Source of the DNA: Eledone cirrhosa
Taxonomy: Eukaryota
Direction of reading: 5' to 3'
DNA: 64,000 nucleotides
NCBI GenBank assembly: GCA_964016885.1
Contig: OZ024761.1
Span: forward strand, 31,062,001 to 31,126,000
In this document: positions 38,790 to 55,488 of the stretch, piece by piece
Numbering within the stretch: the stretch's first letter is position 1
How the letters are laid out: each line of letters begins with the position of its first letter
Translations under genes and position numbers: made by a program
The notes under the pieces: generated by a model
What the model saw: the letters and a program-made list of their open reading frames with translations, nothing else
Databases searched by the model: none
What the model was told of the DNA's origin: nothing

Positions 38790-38940
38790 AATATTATTTA
38801 TACAATAATAAGGTAGAATAATATTATTTATACAATAATAAGGTAGAATAATATTATTTATACAATAATAAGGTAGAATAATATTATTTATACAATAATA
38901 AGGTAGAATAATATTATTTATACAATAATAAGGTAGAATA
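38790..38940. repeat. 30-bp tandem repeat x5
   Basis: (atattatttatacaataataaggtagaata)5. Confidence 0.95.
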
Positions 38941-39074
38941 CGAATCGATTTTTGCCGTTAACAGAGAACCTAAATGAAAAATGACAATTTCAAACATTTG
39001 TCACACACAGAGGTTCACCAGGTCCGAACATAGTGAAACAAAACTCCCACTGTCACCGCCTCTATCTCTTCCCA

Positions 39075-39412
39075 TCTCTTGCCTGCTTAAACGCATTCAG
39101 AACATAAGCTGGCGACATCTGACTTTGAGAGAGATATATGCCGGCCTCCTATGCATATCTGTCGTTGTACGTAAAAGGAGAGTAAGATTTGCTGGCCCCT
39201 GCCATCGTGCCACCTATGAGGCTGTGTCCCCATTAGTGATTTGGAAACCACAAGCAGTCACTAATAACAGGGGATGCAAGCTCTCCTATCCCGATGTGAT
39301 CCCCAGAGATTCTGGTATTGAAATCCAGGACTTGGCAACAGCAATGAACGACAGAGTCACGTGAAGATCAATTGTTGAGTCCATTTCGGCTGCGGCCACC
39401 GAATGATGATGA
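39075..39412 (+). mobile_element. Old RTE-like LINE 3' remnant in the last Hv intron
   Basis: LLKRIQNISWR, RRVRFAG.CHR, AMNDR followed by (tga)n. Confidence 0.6.
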
Positions 39413-39444
39413 TTAAAAAAAAAAAAAATGAAACAGCAACATAC

Positions 39445-39821
39445 CTTTGACTGGATATCATCTGATTTATACACCGATGTCATAGCATCTTCATAAGTTG
39501 GTAAGGAAGAAGAATCTCCCAGAGTTTGGTGAGAAGAGTAGCTTAAGTTGTTCTTGATATTACTATTTGGTTTGTCGGCTGATTGATATGAAACCGTAGA
39601 GAAAAGACTATCAGTCTGGGAAAAAGCACTATCGGTGGAAACACTGCGATCGATTCCTTTGTGCTGGTCGCTGGAATCATCATCGTCATCGGACGAAGAA
39701 GAATCGGACGAAAATTCAGATTTTGAGGCCAAATTTGGTAAACTTCCAACGGTGCTAACCATCGCTAACGATGCAAACTCACTGAGAGCTTTTAACGCCA
39801 GACTGCTTCGTTTTCGTTTTT
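39445..39821 (-). CDS. HVCN1: Hv proton channel, Ser/Asp-rich C-terminal exon (377 nt)
   Basis: Acceptor atattttag, phase 1 start (G+AA=E KRKRSS...), ends DDIQSK|gtatgt; contains SLPTYEDA. Confidence 0.75.
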
Positions 39822-40420
39822 CTAAAATATCCAGAGTAGAGCAAGTAACATCAGAGTAATAGAAATTATTTACAAACTGAATCACGTTCCATTATGCCTC
39901 CTTTCCCTTGTAAGCTAAACCTCTTAAATTATTCATTGATTATTTTTGGGAAACTCATAAATTTTTTATTATTACATAAGGTCATCACTAGCGCGGTGGA
40001 TTAGCAGTATCGGTAGAGGGTCGGACGCCATGCTTTGCAGCAAAGAGTTACGGCCCTTGCCATTCTGAGTTCAAATCCCGCCGAGGTTAACTTTGCCTTT
40101 CATCCTTACGGGGTCGATAAAATAAAGTACCAGTAATACACTGGGTAATTGCTGGCCTTGTGCCAAAAGTAGAAACAATTATTACATAAGGTCATGAATC
40201 TTAGGTAATGATCGAAAGAATACGATCGCGAATACACTGAGCCAAAATGGGATTCCTCCAAAGGGTCTATGGAGTAACGTTACTCGATAGAGTGCATAGA
40301 TCAAAGAGTCATTCCAGGTAGAGCCGCTTCTTTTTCGGATTGAGAGATCACAGCTGCGATACTATAGGCATGTGGTTAGAATGTCTCAGGAAAGAATCAC
40401 TGGACAGATTTTACGGGAAA

Positions 40421-40730
40421 AATATCCAGAGTAGAGCAAGTAACATCAGAGTAATAGAAATTATTTACAAACTGAATCACGTTCCATTATGCCTCCTTAA
40501 ATTATTCATTGATTATTTTGGGGAAACTCATACATTTTTTATTATTACATAAGGTCATCACTAGGGCGGTGGATTAGCAGTATCGGTAGAGGGTCGGACG
40601 CCATGCTTTGCAGCAAAGAGTTACGGCCCTTGCCATTCTGAGTTCAAATCCCGCCGAGGTCAACTTTTCCTTTCATCCTTACGGGGTCGATAAAATAAAG
40701 TACCAGTAATACACTGGGTAATTGCTGGCC
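40421..40730. repeat. Local duplication of 39825-40157 (intron 3' end and SINE)
   Basis: aaatatccagagtagagcaagtaacatcagag...aattgctggcc present twice. Confidence 0.9.
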
Positions 40731-41002
40731 AGCAGGAGACCCAGTGATAGACCCCGACCAAGATGGTTGGATAACACCCATGAGCTTGGCTGGTCACGCT
40801 TAGAGATCCACCCGGATCAGTTGGAGACAGATGCTTCTGACAGGACCCACTGGAAGGAGTGTTTGAGGACTCTGCCCCCACGACCGACTCAGGAATAAGT
40901 GGGCAAAGAAGAGGAAGAAGGAGGAGGGTTTTTAAGAGTTGTTATATGTGAACTGCAGTACTAGCACCGTTTCTAAAATAATGAATTAATAGGAATACTC
41001 AC

Positions 41003-41081
41003 CAGCAGGCATACAAGCTGTTATCTGATACTCAGGGACGCCAAACTTCCGACAGACACCTTGAAGCGATTTTGTCTGCAC
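41003..41081 (-). CDS. HVCN1: Hv proton channel exon (VQTKSLQGVCRKFGVPEYQITACMPA)
   Basis: Acceptor tttgtgtttaaaaag, donor G|gtgagt; phase 0 in, phase 1 out; resembles the end of the Hv coiled coil (human L..LLRQHG). Confidence 0.75.
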
Positions 41082-41349
41082 CTTTTTAAACACAAAGAAA
41101 TATTTCAATGGTGTGACATGACGAGATATCATGAAGCTTTGCTTTAAAAAAAAAATGCAGTCGGTCACGCGGAGTTGAATATAAAGCGACCAGAACGCAC
41201 ACACACAGAACGACATTAACGCGTTTCTATACAAGGGAAAAAATCCTGTCCTATAGAGGTAGTACGAATAACTCTAGAGTGTTCTATAATATTGTTTTCC
41301 AAATAAATCTGTGTGTACATATACATATGCATATATTTGTGCACATATA

Positions 41350-41464
<115 letters not shown>

Positions 41465-41562
41465 ATATACACACACATATATATGCGCGTGTGTGTATAT
41501 ATATATATATATAAAATAAAGTTAAATAAAAGTCAAATGATTAAAATTTAGCTTCGTTTATT

Positions 41563-41617
41563 ACTGCTATATATATTTCAGTGACAGCCATCTTTGGCTG
41601 TGACCTCTTCAGGCAGT
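41563..41617 (-). ncRNA. Type I hammerhead ribozyme (sense to Hv pre-mRNA)
   Basis: actgc-CTGAAGA-ggtcacagccaaagatggctgtcact-GAAA-TATATA-TA-gcagt. Confidence 0.75.
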
Positions 41618-41837
41618 TTGAATTAGTATGGTATAGACAAGTACATATGTTGTTTAGGTGTATAATATTGTCAATAATCTGATATGCCCAGTTCCTTGTT
41701 GGGTTGTTAATTCACTGGGGAACTGGAGTCATATGAGGTATGAATTAACAACCCAACAAGGAACTGGGCATATCAGAGTATTGACAATATTATACACCTA
41801 AACAACATATGTACTTGTCTATACCATACTAATTCAA

Positions 41838-41892
41838 ACTGCCTGAAGAGGTCACAGCCAAAGATGGCTGTCACTGAAATATATATAGCAGT
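41838..41892 (+). ncRNA. Type I hammerhead ribozyme (mirror arm)
   Basis: Same motif on the plus strand, followed by AATAAA. Confidence 0.75.
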
Positions 41893-42085
41893 AATAAACG
41901 AAGCTAAATTTTAATCATTTGACTTTTATTTAACTTTATTTTACACTACTCCGGAGTAACCAAACCAACCTGCGCACTTCGTCGAGTGCTCCAGCCTGCA
42001 TACTGAGGTGTTGGTATACAACCAACATAAACTCAAAATCTCTCTCTCTATATATATATATATACACACATATATATATGCGCGC

Positions 42086-42129
<44 letters not shown>

Positions 42130-42639
42130 GAAGTAACAGGAGGCTGGACTGGTGTAAATCCTTGAAAGGTTTATTATACTATGATCATTCAATGACCGGG
42201 TTCCATATGAATCCGGTGATATCATCAGGTATTGGAATATAACAAAGGAATATGTAAAAAGCCATGGGTGAGAAAAACCACTGACCCTCCATCTCAACTC
42301 ACCTTTTGAAAAGCAGAAGAACTGCGAAACCGGTAAAGGAACCAAATAAATATATATATTTAAAAAAAAAATAAGACTCCAGTTGCATTTTCGATTTCAT
42401 CTCTTTTTCTTTATATATATATATATATATATATATACATACACAGACACACCATCACCATCACAGTGCTAACATATCTTACACCATCAACTCAGCCCAA
42501 TAGTATTTTATGTTCCACTCTTACGAATATTAAAGATTAATAATAAGATGTGTGCATACAAATAATTCCCACCAACCTACAACCGCCAGTCACTTAGATT
42601 TTACTGTGGTATCTGTGTCTGTATGTAGAACTAGTGGGA

Positions 42640-44735
<2,096 letters not shown>

Positions 44736-44859
44736 CAATCAAACCTGCCAGCGAGACATACAGCCGGTGATTGAACTGATATCGAATGACAGATTGTCAG
44801 AAGTAAAATTATAGAAAGGGAAGTGAAATAAAATTACAGATTACAGTATATTTACTGAA

Positions 44860-45800
44860 AGTGGCGGTGGCGTGGAGGTGGTTATAGTGGTTATGGTGGT
44901 TGTAGTTGTTGTGGTGGTAGTAGTGGTGGTTGTAGTTGTTGTGGTGGTAGTGGTGGTGGTAGTTGTTGTGGTGGTGGTGGTAGTTGTTGTGGTGATAGTA
45001 GTGGTGGTTGTAGTTGTTGTGGTGGTAGTGGTGGTGGTAGTTGTTGTGGTGGTGGTGGTAGTTGTTGTTGTGGTGGTAGTAGTGGTGGTAGTTGTTGTGG
45101 TGGTGGTTGTAGTTGTTGTGGTGGTTGTAGTTGTTGTGGTGGTAGTGGTGGTTATAGTGCTAGTGGTGGTGGTAGTTGTTGTGGTGGTGGTGGTAGTTGT
45201 TGTGGTGGTGGTGGTAGTTGTTGTGGTGGTAGTAGTGGTGGTGGTTATAGTGGTGGTTGTAGTTGTTGTGGTGGTAGTGGTGGTTATGGTGGTAGTGGTG
45301 GTGGTAGTTGTTGTTGTGGTGGTGGTGGTAGTTGTTGTGGTGGTAGTAGTGGTGGTGGTTATAGTAGTGGTTGTAGTTGTTGTGATGGTAGTGGTGGTTA
45401 TGGCGGTGCTATGGAGGTGGTTATGGTGGTGGTGGTGGTGGTGGTGGTAGTTGTTATGGTGGTGGTGGTAGTTGTTATGGTGGTAGTAGTGGTGGTTATA
45501 GTGGTGGTTGTAGTTGTGGTGGTAGTGGTGGTTATAGTGGTGGTTGTAGTTGTGGTGGTAGTGGTGGTTATGGCGGTGGTGTGGGGGTGGTTATGGTGGT
45601 GATGGTGGTGGTGGTGGTGGTGGTAGTTGTTGTGGTGGTAGTAGTGGTGGTTATAGTGGTGGTTGTAGTTGTTGTGGTGGTAGTGGTGGTTATGGCGCTG
45701 TTGTGGAGGTGGTTATGGTGGTGGTGGTAGTTGTTGTGGTGGTAGTGGTGGTTATGGTGGTGGTGGTGGTTGTAGTTGTTGTGGTGGTAGTGGTGGTTAT
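44860..45800. repeat. (GTG/GTA/GTT)n repeat
   Basis: Direct inspection. Confidence 0.95.
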
Positions 45801-46189
45801 AAATCAACTACAAACACTAGTCCTTCCTTCATCGATGTTGTCCAAAGGAAAGGCAATGGATGTTGCATGTTTGCCGTGGGGGCCTTCTTAGCTCTTGGGT
45901 TCCGGAACAAAGTACTGGCTGGACGCCCCTGTCTCATAGGCCCTGGCAGTCGCCCATGCGTACTAGTCTCTCCTCCATCGATGTTGTCCAAGGGAAAAGC
46001 AATGGCCGATGCAGCTTAGCACCAGTGATGTCGCAACATATTTCTACAGCTGTGTATATATATATATAACGAAGGAAATTGAGCTCAGCCGTCGGGGTCT
46101 TACTTGTTCCTATTACCCACTCTACTACCCTAAGTATTGAGTACTTTGGTGCGTTATGGTCCACCTGGTTCCTTACCACATTTCCTTCG

Positions 46190-46241
<52 letters not shown>

Positions 46242-47789
46242 TTATAGAAATTAAAATAAGATCTTAAAGAGAAAATAAATTATATATATTATAAAAGAAT
46301 ATCGCCCGGTTCATGATTCGAACTCTCGACCTTACGCGAGTTAGATATACATTTGTGTGTGTGTGTCTGTGTGTGTATGGGTGTGTGTGCATGTGTGTTT
46401 GTGCGTGTATGTATGTATGTATGTATGTATGTATGTATGTATGTATGTATGTATGTATGTATGTATGTATGTATGTATATCGAGTCACTCTTGAGTGCTA
46501 CTGGTAACATGAAACCCAGTACAACTTGTCGCATGGTCGGGTCGTCGGCGACTAAACCGGCAACCCCACCATATTTACTTGGTGAGGAGGGTGATTTTGG
46601 ACACACTGCAGGACAAAAAACAAAACCTGACAAAGGGCGGAAGAACTCATAAAAGTCAACGGCCATCCAAAAGTGTGTAAATATGTATATACACATGTAC
46701 CACGCGGTTAAACCACTGGGAGTGAAGGACCCCTAGCCTTTGTCAGGGCATTCTTCTAGGAGAAGGCAACTCAGGAAACTGGGATAACTCCGATATAAAA
46801 CCTGCGGCTCAGTAGTTACCGATGATGTTGATCTTTTCTTCTTTTCGGGTTATAGCTACTGTCGCTCAGAGAGTGGGATTGGCTCAGTGCACAGTCTTTC
46901 CTCACTTTAAAAAATATCTTCATGCACAGGCATTGCACGATAGACTTAATTAATTGTTTCTACTTTTTGGCACAAGGCCAGCAATTACCCATTGCATTAC
47001 TGGTACTTTATTTTATCGACCCCGTAAGGATGAAAGGCAAAGTTAATCTCGGCTTAATTAATAATTATTAATAATGGTATATCGTGCAATGGCCATACTC
47101 GATAACGAGGGGGCAGCCATCATATATGCATATATGTGTGTGTGTGTGTGTTTGTGTATGTGCGTATGTAATGTATTATGTGTATGTGCGTATGTAATGT
47201 ATGTATGTGTATATGTGTGTGTTTGTGTATGTATGTTATGTATGTGTGTGTGTATATATATATGGATGTGTGTATGTGTGTGTATATGCGTGTATGCATG
47301 TGTGTGTTTGTGTGTGTGTGTGTATCTATGTGTGTATATGTATGCATGTATATATATGTTTGTATGTGGATTTGTATGTATGTATGTATGCATGTGTGTG
47401 TGTGTGTGTGTGCATTTGTGTGTTTGTGTTTGTGTATGTATGTATGTGCGTGTATGTATGTATGTATGTATGTATGTATGTATGTATGTATGTATGTATG
47501 TATGTATGTATGTATGTGTTCTATTAAGAAGCTGCAGTAATGTGCCAGCCTGCAAAGTCACGAAATGATATTCAACTCCTCTGGAATTAGATAAGACATT
47601 CCTCGCTGCCATTATGGTCTCAAATTCTTCGATAATTTTAACAACGTTCTTGTAGCTTTGGTAAGATCCAGCACTGAACGGCAGATGGTTGTTGTTGTTG
47701 TTAGGTAGGAGACATTTCTTATCTTTGGCATGACAATGCGCACACACACACACGTGTGTGTGTGTGTGGTATATATATATATATATATA

Positions 47790-47985
47790 TAGGAACCAGT
47801 AAGACCCCGACGGCTGAGCTCAAGCCGTTTCGACGGCTAATTCTGGACTAGAATTAGCCGTCGAAACGGCTTGAGCTCAGCCGTCGGGGTTTTACTGGTT
47901 CCTATTACCCACTCTACTACCCCAAGTATTGAGTACTTTGGTGCGTTATGGTCCACCTGGTTCCTTACCACATTTCCTTCGTTAT
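47790..47985. mobile_element. Fold-back repeat carrying the 3' half of a hammerhead (GAAAcggct..agccgTCgggg); family also at 46080, 60988, 62166
   Basis: Palindrome gaccccgacggctgagctcaagccgtttcgacggctaattct-ggact-agaattagccgtcgaaacggcttgagctcagccgtcggggt in (TA)n. Confidence 0.7.
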
Positions 47986-48759
47986 ATATATATATATAGT
48001 ATATACACTATGTTAAGGTATCGATACATATTAAATGTGTAACGATCATGTTTCTCAATAAAAAAGCTCAATGAACCTTAAGCGTATATGTAAGTAAATA
48101 TATATATATATATATATAAACATTTACGCACACCTGTATGATACCCTGTGCGTGCACAGGTGAAACTCCAGCGTAACAAGAACCATATCTCAGTCATAAT
48201 AAAGAACGAACCGTTTGTCTTCACGTCTAGTAATGAAATGTTTTTCTATCTTCTGTCTTTTCAGCCAATAGTTATAGAGTCTTTTATCGTCTGCCTTCAC
48301 ATCTAATATATTTATAGAATATTCTATCGTCTTCTATCGTCTGTTTTCACATCCAATAGTTATCAAATATTCTTCTACCATCTGTATTAACAGCCAATAC
48401 TATAGAATATTCTATCTTCATATCTAATAGTTATAGAGTCTTTTATCGTCTGCCTTCACATCTAATAGATTTATAGAATATTCTATCGTCTTCGAGCTTC
48501 TGTCTTCACATCCAATAGTCATCAAATGTTCTTCTATCTTCTGTCTTTTCAGCGAATAGTTATCGATATATAATCCTACCTTCTTCTGTCTTCATAAGCC
48601 ACAGTTATCGAATGTTCAGCTAAAGTGTGGAATGAACCTATATATCTATTGAGTCAATCGATTGATTGTATGTGTGTTTTGGAATAATTCGGAGCTATCT
48701 CAGGATTTGTTCAACTGGAGGAAATAGCCGCAGTTGCAGCTGTGTATTTGCGACTCCCC

Positions 48760-51136
48760 TTCTTCTTTCTTCTTCTTCTTCTTCTTCTTCTTCTTCTTCT
48801 TCTTCTTCTTCTTCTTCTTCTTCTTCTTCTTCTTCTTCTTCTTCTTCTTCTTCTTTTTCTTCTTCTTCTTCTCTCTTTCTTCTTCTTCTTCTTCTTCTTC
48901 TTCTTCTTCTTCTTCTTCTTCTTCTTCTTCTTCTTCTTCTTCTTCTTCTTCTTCTCGCACCATATTCAGTAGCGTTACTCCCAAACCCACTGAAATACTC
49001 CCGTTTTGGCCGCTTGTGTTCGCGATCATATTCTTTCAGTCATTGCTCAAGATTCACCACACTACACCACCACACTACACCACCACACTGTCCTACCACA
49101 CTACACCACCACACTGTCCTACCACACTACACCACCACACTGTCCCACCACACTACACCACCACACTGTCACACCACACTGTCCCACCACACTACACCAC
49201 CACACTGTCCCACCACACTACACCACCACACTACACCACCACACTGTCCCACCACCACATTGTCCCACCACACGACACCACCACACTGTCCCACCACACT
49301 ACACCACCACACTGTCCACACTGTCCCACCACACTACACCACCACACTACACCACCACACTACACCACCACACTGTCCCACCACACTACACCACCACACT
49401 GTCCCACCACACTGTCCCACCACACTACACCACTACACTGTCCCACCACACTACACCACCACACTGTCCCATCACACTGTCCCACCACACTACACCACCA
49501 CACTGTCCCACCACACTGCCCCACCACACTGCCCCACCACACTACACCACCACACTGTCCCACCACACTGTCCCACCACACTGTCCCACCACACTGTCCC
49601 ACCACACTACACCACCACACTGTCCCACCACACTGTCCCACCACACTACACCACCACACTGTCCCATCACACTGTCCCACCACACTACACCACCACACTG
49701 TCCCACCACACTGTCCCACCACACTACACCACCACACTGTCCCATCACACTGTCTCACCACACTACACCACCACACTGTCCCACCACACTGTCCCACCAC
49801 ACTACACCACCACACTGTCCCACCACACTACACCACCACACTGTCCCACCACACTACACCACCACACTGTCCCACAACACCACCACAACCACACGACCAC
49901 CACCACACCACAACCACCACACCACAACAACCACACCACACCACCACAACAACAACCACACGACCACCACAACCACATCACAACACCACCACAACCACAC
50001 CACCACCACAACCACACCACCACCACAACCACACCACCACAACAACCACACCACCACAACCACAACCACACCACCACCACAACCACACCACCACCACAAC
50101 CACACCACAACAACCACACCACCACAACAACCACACGACGACCATCACCACCACCACCACCACCACCACAATAACCACATCACAACACCACCAACAACAA
50201 CCACAACCACACCACCACCACCACCACCACCACACCACAACAACCACACCACCACAACAACAACCACACGACGACCACCATCACCACAACAACCACATCA
50301 CAACACCACCACAACAACAACCACACCACCACCACAACCACCACCACCACCACCACCACCACCACACCAACCACATCACAACACCACCACAACAACAACC
50401 ACACCACCACCACCACACCACAACAACCACATCACAACACCACCACAACAACAACCACACCACCACCACCACCACCACCACCACCACCACACCAACCACA
50501 TCACAACACCACCACAACAACAACCACACCACCATCACCACACCACAACAACCACATCACAACACCACCACAACAACAACCACACCACCACCACCACCAC
50601 CACCACCACCACCACCACCACCACCACCACCACCACACCAACCACATCACAACACCACCACAACAACAACCACACCACCACCACCACACCACAACAACCA
50701 CATCCCAACACCACCACAACAACAACCACAACCACACCACCACCACCACCACACCACAACAACCACATCACAACACCACCACAACAACAACCACAACCAC
50801 ACCACCACCACCACCACACCACAACAACCACATCACAACACCACCACAACAACAACCACAACCACACCACCACCACAATCACACCACAACAACCACACCA
50901 CCACCACTACCACACCACACCACCACCACTACCACATCACAACACCACCACAACAACAACCACACCACCACCACTACCACATCACAACACCACCACAACA
51001 ACAACCACACCACCACCACCACAACACCACCACAACAACAACCACACCACCACTACCACACCACAACACCACCACAACAACAACCACACCACCACCACCA
51101 CCACCACTACCACACCACAACACCACCACCACCACC
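48760..51136. repeat. (TTC)n followed by CAC-rich composite minisatellite (CCACACTGTC/CACTACAC, then CAC/CAA)
   Basis: Direct inspection; source of the 502-820 aa artefact ORFs. Confidence 0.95.
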
Positions 51137-51148
51137 GTTACTACTTAC

Positions 51149-51264
51149 TCTATATTTGTTAAGTTTTTCCTTGTATTCCCTGGTCCGCCTCTCTGAACTC
51201 CTGAATCGCTGTTTAATCAGTTTTAACCTCACGTGGTCTTTCTCTTGGATAACCAACACGAAAC
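51149..51264 (-). CDS. HVCN1: Hv proton channel exon: end of S4 and coiled coil (SFVLVIQEKDHVRLKLIKQRFRSSERRTREYKEKLNKYR)
   Basis: Acceptor cccttcgttgcag, donor AGA|gtaagt; phase 1 in (A+GT=S), phase 0 out. Confidence 0.85.
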
Positions 51265-51437
51265 CTGCAACGAAGGGAGATAACTGAGTAAATAGGCATC
51301 GGGAGAAGAACATGGGTCTTTCGAACCGATTAAGGTCCAACACACACCCGCACACACACAAATATATATACATATATATTAATATATAAAATAAAGTTAA
51401 ATAAAAGTCAAATGATTAAAATTTAGCTTCGTTTATT

Positions 51438-51492
51438 ACTGCTATATATATTTCAGTGACAGCCATCTTTGGCTGTGACCTCTTCAGGCAGT
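51438..51492 (-). ncRNA. Type I hammerhead ribozyme (sense to Hv pre-mRNA), same family as 41563
   Basis: Identical motif within the pseudo-LTR arm copy at 51386-51590. Confidence 0.75.
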
Positions 51493-51865
51493 TTGAATTA
51501 GTATGGTATAGACAAGTACATATGTTGTTTAGGTGTATAATATTGTCAATACTCTGATATGCCCAGTTCCTTGTTAATTCACTGGGGCACTGGGGAACTG
51601 TAATCTACATATATATTAATATATATGTAGATTACAGATACACAGATACATTTGCCCTAAATTATATATTTACGCAGACTTTTTCACTATACGTATACAT
51701 ATGTGCATACACATATATGCACATCTGTGAGCGTATATACATACATATACACACACCTAACTATATTTCTTGAAAGATTTTTATATATTTCATATTCTAA
51801 TTCATTTGTCTATATTTTTTTTGCTTTTCTTGATGAGACTTTCCAAGTATTTACCCATGTTTTAT

Positions 51866-51943
51866 ATTGCCTCGTCTGACGAACGAATGAAGACGTTTCT
51901 TTCGTATTCGCCTCATTCGGGAAACCTCTGGTAATGAGGTAAT
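51866..51943 (+). ncRNA. Type I hammerhead ribozyme with long stems I and II
   Basis: attgcctcgt-CTGACGA-acgaatgaag...cctcattcgg-GAAA-CCTCTGG-TA-atgaggtaat. Confidence 0.75.
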
Positions 51944-52031
51944 TATATTGTATTGATTTTTATACATTAAATTTTGCTCTGGTACTTACATAGAGCACTT
52001 CTATGACCTTTTCTGTTTTCAACGGAAATTT

Positions 52032-52093
<62 letters not shown>

Positions 52094-52121
52094 ATAATCA
52101 GAAATCATCAGGAAGCACAGC

Positions 52122-52170
52122 GCTTCCTGATGTTTTCTCCCGAATGAAACAGTTCTAGTCCTGTAGAAGC
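52122..52170 (+). ncRNA. Hammerhead-like motif with one core substitution
   Basis: gcttc-CTGATGT-tttctcccgaat-GAAA-cag..ctg-TA-gaagc; the adjacent inverted fragment (tcatcaggaagc) retains CTGATGA. Confidence 0.5.
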
Positions 52171-52253
52171 CATTTCTTTATCAAATATTTATACTCTGCT
52201 CTGTATTGAGTACCCTATTTACTGTGGTTACCCCCAATTGAACCCGGGATAAA

Positions 52254-52355
<102 letters not shown>

Positions 52356-52456
52356 TATATGTATATATATGTATATGAATATATATCTAAAAGTATATGT
52401 ATGTATATATAAATATAAAAGTATATGTATGTATATATATATACATATATATAAAA

Positions 52457-52514
<58 letters not shown>

Positions 52515-52572
52515 ATATATATATATATATATAAAAGTATATGTATGTATATATATATACATATATATAAAA

Positions 52573-52630
<58 letters not shown>

Positions 52631-52758
52631 ATATATATATATATATATAAAAGAATATATATATATATATATATATAAAAGTATGTGTTTATATATATAT
52701 ATAAAAGAATATATATATATATATATAAAAGTATGTGTTTATATATATATAAAAGTAT

Positions 52759-52789
<31 letters not shown>

Positions 52790-52880
52790 AGTATATGTAT
52801 ATATATATATATATATATAAAAGTATATGTTTATCTATATATAAAAGTATATATATATATATATAAATATATATATATAA

Positions 52881-52933
<53 letters not shown>

Positions 52934-53307
52934 AAATTTAGAAACTATAAAATTATGGGAGTAAAAAAAAACAAAAAACAAAAAAAAAAACAATAATTAA
53001 AAAAACACCGAAATGATTAGCCTCGAATATCAATATTTATAATTAAGAAAATAATTATGATTATTAAAAAGTATTTGGCTAATTTAGTCGACGGTAATGT
53101 ATCATTTTGAAATTATCGCTGATCACAAGATTAATTATAATGCACCATGATGATGTTTATTGATAACTCAGTTTTAATCGTCTCCCCGTTGACAGATACC
53201 GGCGTTGGATTGGAAATACCCCCCCCCCCCCACCACACACACACTCTCCGTCATAGTATAGACACCATATATACAGTATCTAGATAAAGGAAGACCTTTA
53301 GGTTTAT

Positions 53308-53529
<222 letters not shown>

Positions 53530-54331
53530 AATAATGGAGCTGCGGCGTTGCAAATGGGTTACATATGAAAAAGTTTGTCCTTCATGGGACTTGTCTCTTT
53601 CTTCTCACTTTCTGTTGCTTAAACCATTTTGTTTGTTTACCCTAGCGTCCCCTTTATTTACGTGTCCCAACGACTTTTTTTAGCCGTTGCTCGCACCAAC
53701 CTGAGGTATATGGCCTTTAAAGCGATGAAATGCCTACGACGGTTGGAAGGCCACTGATGAGGGACAAACTTTTTCATATATATATATATATATGGTGGCT
53801 GCCAACTCGTTTTCGAGTACGGCCACTACTTTATATCCATGTAGGAGAACCCCTACCGACGCGCTAAACAAGTGCGGCTTTTTAGTCCAGCCAGAGACTT
53901 GAAAACTCTGGTACAAACACTACACTTGTGACAATTATTGACACATAGTGCTGGGCCCATGGTACCATGTGACGACAAGTGCAGAGAGATCTCCAGATAT
54001 AAAGCAATGCTTGTGCCGTGAAGCTTTTATAGTGAACAAAGGCACTGCACAAAGCCAGTCCCACTCTCTTAACCAAGATGATATTTACCAAAAAGAAGAA
54101 CAAGTCAACATCATTGGATACCATCAGGGTTGCAGGTGTTATATCAGAGTTTTCCTTCTCCTAGAATTCTGCCTTGACAAAGGCTAAGGGGTCATCTCTC
54201 CCGGTGATTTTGGATGGCCATTGACTCTTACGAGCTCCTTTGCCCTTTGACAGGTTTTGTTTTTAGTCCAAAGTCACCCTCCTCACTAAGAAACCTTGGT
54301 GAGGTTGCCAGTTTAGTCGCCAACGGCCCGA

Positions 54332-54375
<44 letters not shown>

Positions 54376-54509
54376 GTAAATATTAAAATATAAATATTAA
54401 TAAAATATTAATATATATATACATATATATATATATACATATATATATTAATATTATAAATTCATTTATTTAAAGAAGATGATGGCGTGTTTTTTTTATA
54501 TGTATATGC

Positions 54510-54569
<60 letters not shown>

Positions 54570-54587
54570 CAAGAAGAGAGAGGACGT

Positions 54588-54637
<50 letters not shown>

Positions 54638-54749
54638 GCAGGCACACACATACATGTACATTATTTATACATATATATATATGCACACATATAGACATAT
54701 ATATAAACACACATAGTCATATATAGACATATATACATACACACTTATA

Positions 54750-54874
<125 letters not shown>

Positions 54875-54907
54875 ATATATATATATATATATGTATGTAT
54901 ATGTATG

Positions 54908-54938
<31 letters not shown>

Positions 54939-54969
54939 ATATATATATATATGTATATATATATGTATG

Positions 54970-55028
<59 letters not shown>

Positions 55029-55488
55029 GTATATATACACACACACTTCATGTATCTAATCTTGTTAAACAAAATGATTAATGATTTTCATTCAGCTTCT
55101 TGGCTTAGTTATTCAGACACCAAATCCCAAGACACTCTTAAATGAAACAACACCGCTGTTGCTGTTTTTGTTACTGTCGTCGTCGTTGTTGTTTGTGTTG
55201 TTGTCTATAAATCCCATTTATTATTTCATCTTTGAGATTTCAATCTCACATTAAATTTGAAATGCCTAAAATGTTTTTAGTTGCTTTCCTCTAAATTTGT
55301 TTTGAAATGACGACTAAATGAAAAGGTTTACTCTGTGGAATTTTTCTAATGAATCATTAATTAATGCAAACTGTTATATTATATTCGGTTAAACAGACTT
55401 GTCAGATAATTTCATACGCTTGATTTACTTATTAACCCGTTCATTAATATATTTCTAATAAAAGACGCTTTATTTAGATATATTTTAA

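Larger units (their letters stand above)
41512..41943. mobile_element. Penelope-like pseudo-LTR as a near-perfect inverted repeat (about 200-bp arms), one hammerhead per arm
   Basis: 41512-41714 is the reverse complement of 41741-41943; sits beside (TA)n; third arm copy at 51386-51590. Confidence 0.85.

Noticed and set aside
48666-51196. His/Thr/Pro-rich 502-820 aa ORFs resembling mucins
   Set aside because: CAC-rich minisatellite inside an Hv intron, open in all frames
53720-53770. CTGATGA motif suggesting another hammerhead
   Set aside because: No correctly placed GAAA or paired stems
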